64,000 nt of DNA from Tubulanus polymorphus (Eukaryota; Animalia; Nemertea). How positions within the stretch are numbered: the stretch's first letter is position 1; each line of letters opens with the position of its first letter. Where the stretch lies: the NCBI RefSeq assembly GCF_964204645.1, contig NC_134036.1:5424600-5488599 (forward strand). Direction: 5' to 3'. This document shows positions 63,171-64,000 of this stretch, one piece after another. The position numbers and the translations under genes were made by a program. The notes beneath the pieces are model-generated. The model did no database searches. It had not been told where the DNA came from and saw nothing but the letters and a program-made list of their open reading frames with translations.

Positions 63171-64000
63171 AACATTTTGAGCATTCTTATACATATCATA
63201 GCCAACATTAGTGATAGACTTTATAATGATATCGATAATGATAATAATAAACATGGAGTAATTGATAGCGCATTTATTGATGAGAAAAAGTGGACAATAA
63301 CTTTTTATTCGAAGTGTGACATTTACGAGAAACGCATAAACACTGAGTCCGATTGCAGAACGGCAGATCTAAGTCGCAATATTTCTCGTGCCTGTCATTC
63401 GTGTGCGCGCATTATATCGCGCACAAATCATCGCGCGCCGCGAATAAATACCGTCGATGTCGTCGTTACCATCAATATCTCGGCCGCTAATTACCGAAAT
63501 AAAACGTTCTCAACGACAACCGTCACGAGACGACGACACTTCGCGCACGGTCGTCGGCCGGTGACCCCGATGCGCCGCGGCGCGCGCGCGCGCGATGTTC
63601 AATGATTTGTGGACGACGACTAATCGCGCTAATTACCGCTGTAAACGATAATTGACACGCTCTCGAGAATTGCGCGGGTAGAGGTTTGTTGAACTGGCGG
63701 GTCGGGTTACCGCGACTGGTGCGTGACGACCGCCGCGCTCGTCGCTATTAACCGGCGCCGAGGCGTTGATTTATGCCGGGCTCGGTCGACGACGGCGGCG
63801 CGATAACGACGACGACGACGACTCGAAGGCCGGCTCGAAAATAAACTTTTAAATTAACGTTTCGTGCCGCTTTCGTCGGTTATTACATTTATTTCCTATA
63901 AACTCGGGTCATTTACACACACGGAAAATCAAGGCGTGTTAGAAGGGTGATAAATTGTACACGCGGAATGAAATATGAGGCTATGAACTCGGTCGCAGGT

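Noticed and set aside
5300-64000. Conserved bilaterian microRNAs or rRNA/snRNA genes
   Set aside because: No mature sequence recognised by eye; an Rfam/MirGeneDB scan is needed to exclude them.

Overview
Eukaryotic genomic DNA from an invertebrate animal, probably a spiralian/lophotrochozoan (inference from the receptor family and repeat content). One gene is confidently identified: a spliced, intron-poor GRL101/LGR-type GPCR on + (exons ~1-30, 150-1502, 1580-4816) with the architecture CUB-like / C-type lectin x2 / LDLa x~7 / LRR / 7TM. The remaining ~59 kb is intronic or intergenic, and nearly all ORFs listed there are spurious. That region contains: dispersed minisatellite families (57, 60, 66 and ~110 bp units, each at 3-5 loci in both orientations); a ~200 bp SINE-like repeat; L2/CR1-type LINE 3' ends; MITEs; and a family of minimal hammerhead-ribozyme motifs of the Penelope-like-element type, repeatedly arranged as short divergent palindromes (one flanked by a 13 bp target-site duplication). 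It also holds candidate first exons that the ORF track misses: two signal-peptide-coding leaders on + (13838, 29152) and a promoter plus ATG-free 5'UTR exons on - (37190 to 34497). These suggest large, multi-promoter, possibly antisense-overlapping genes whose identity cannot be determined from this window.
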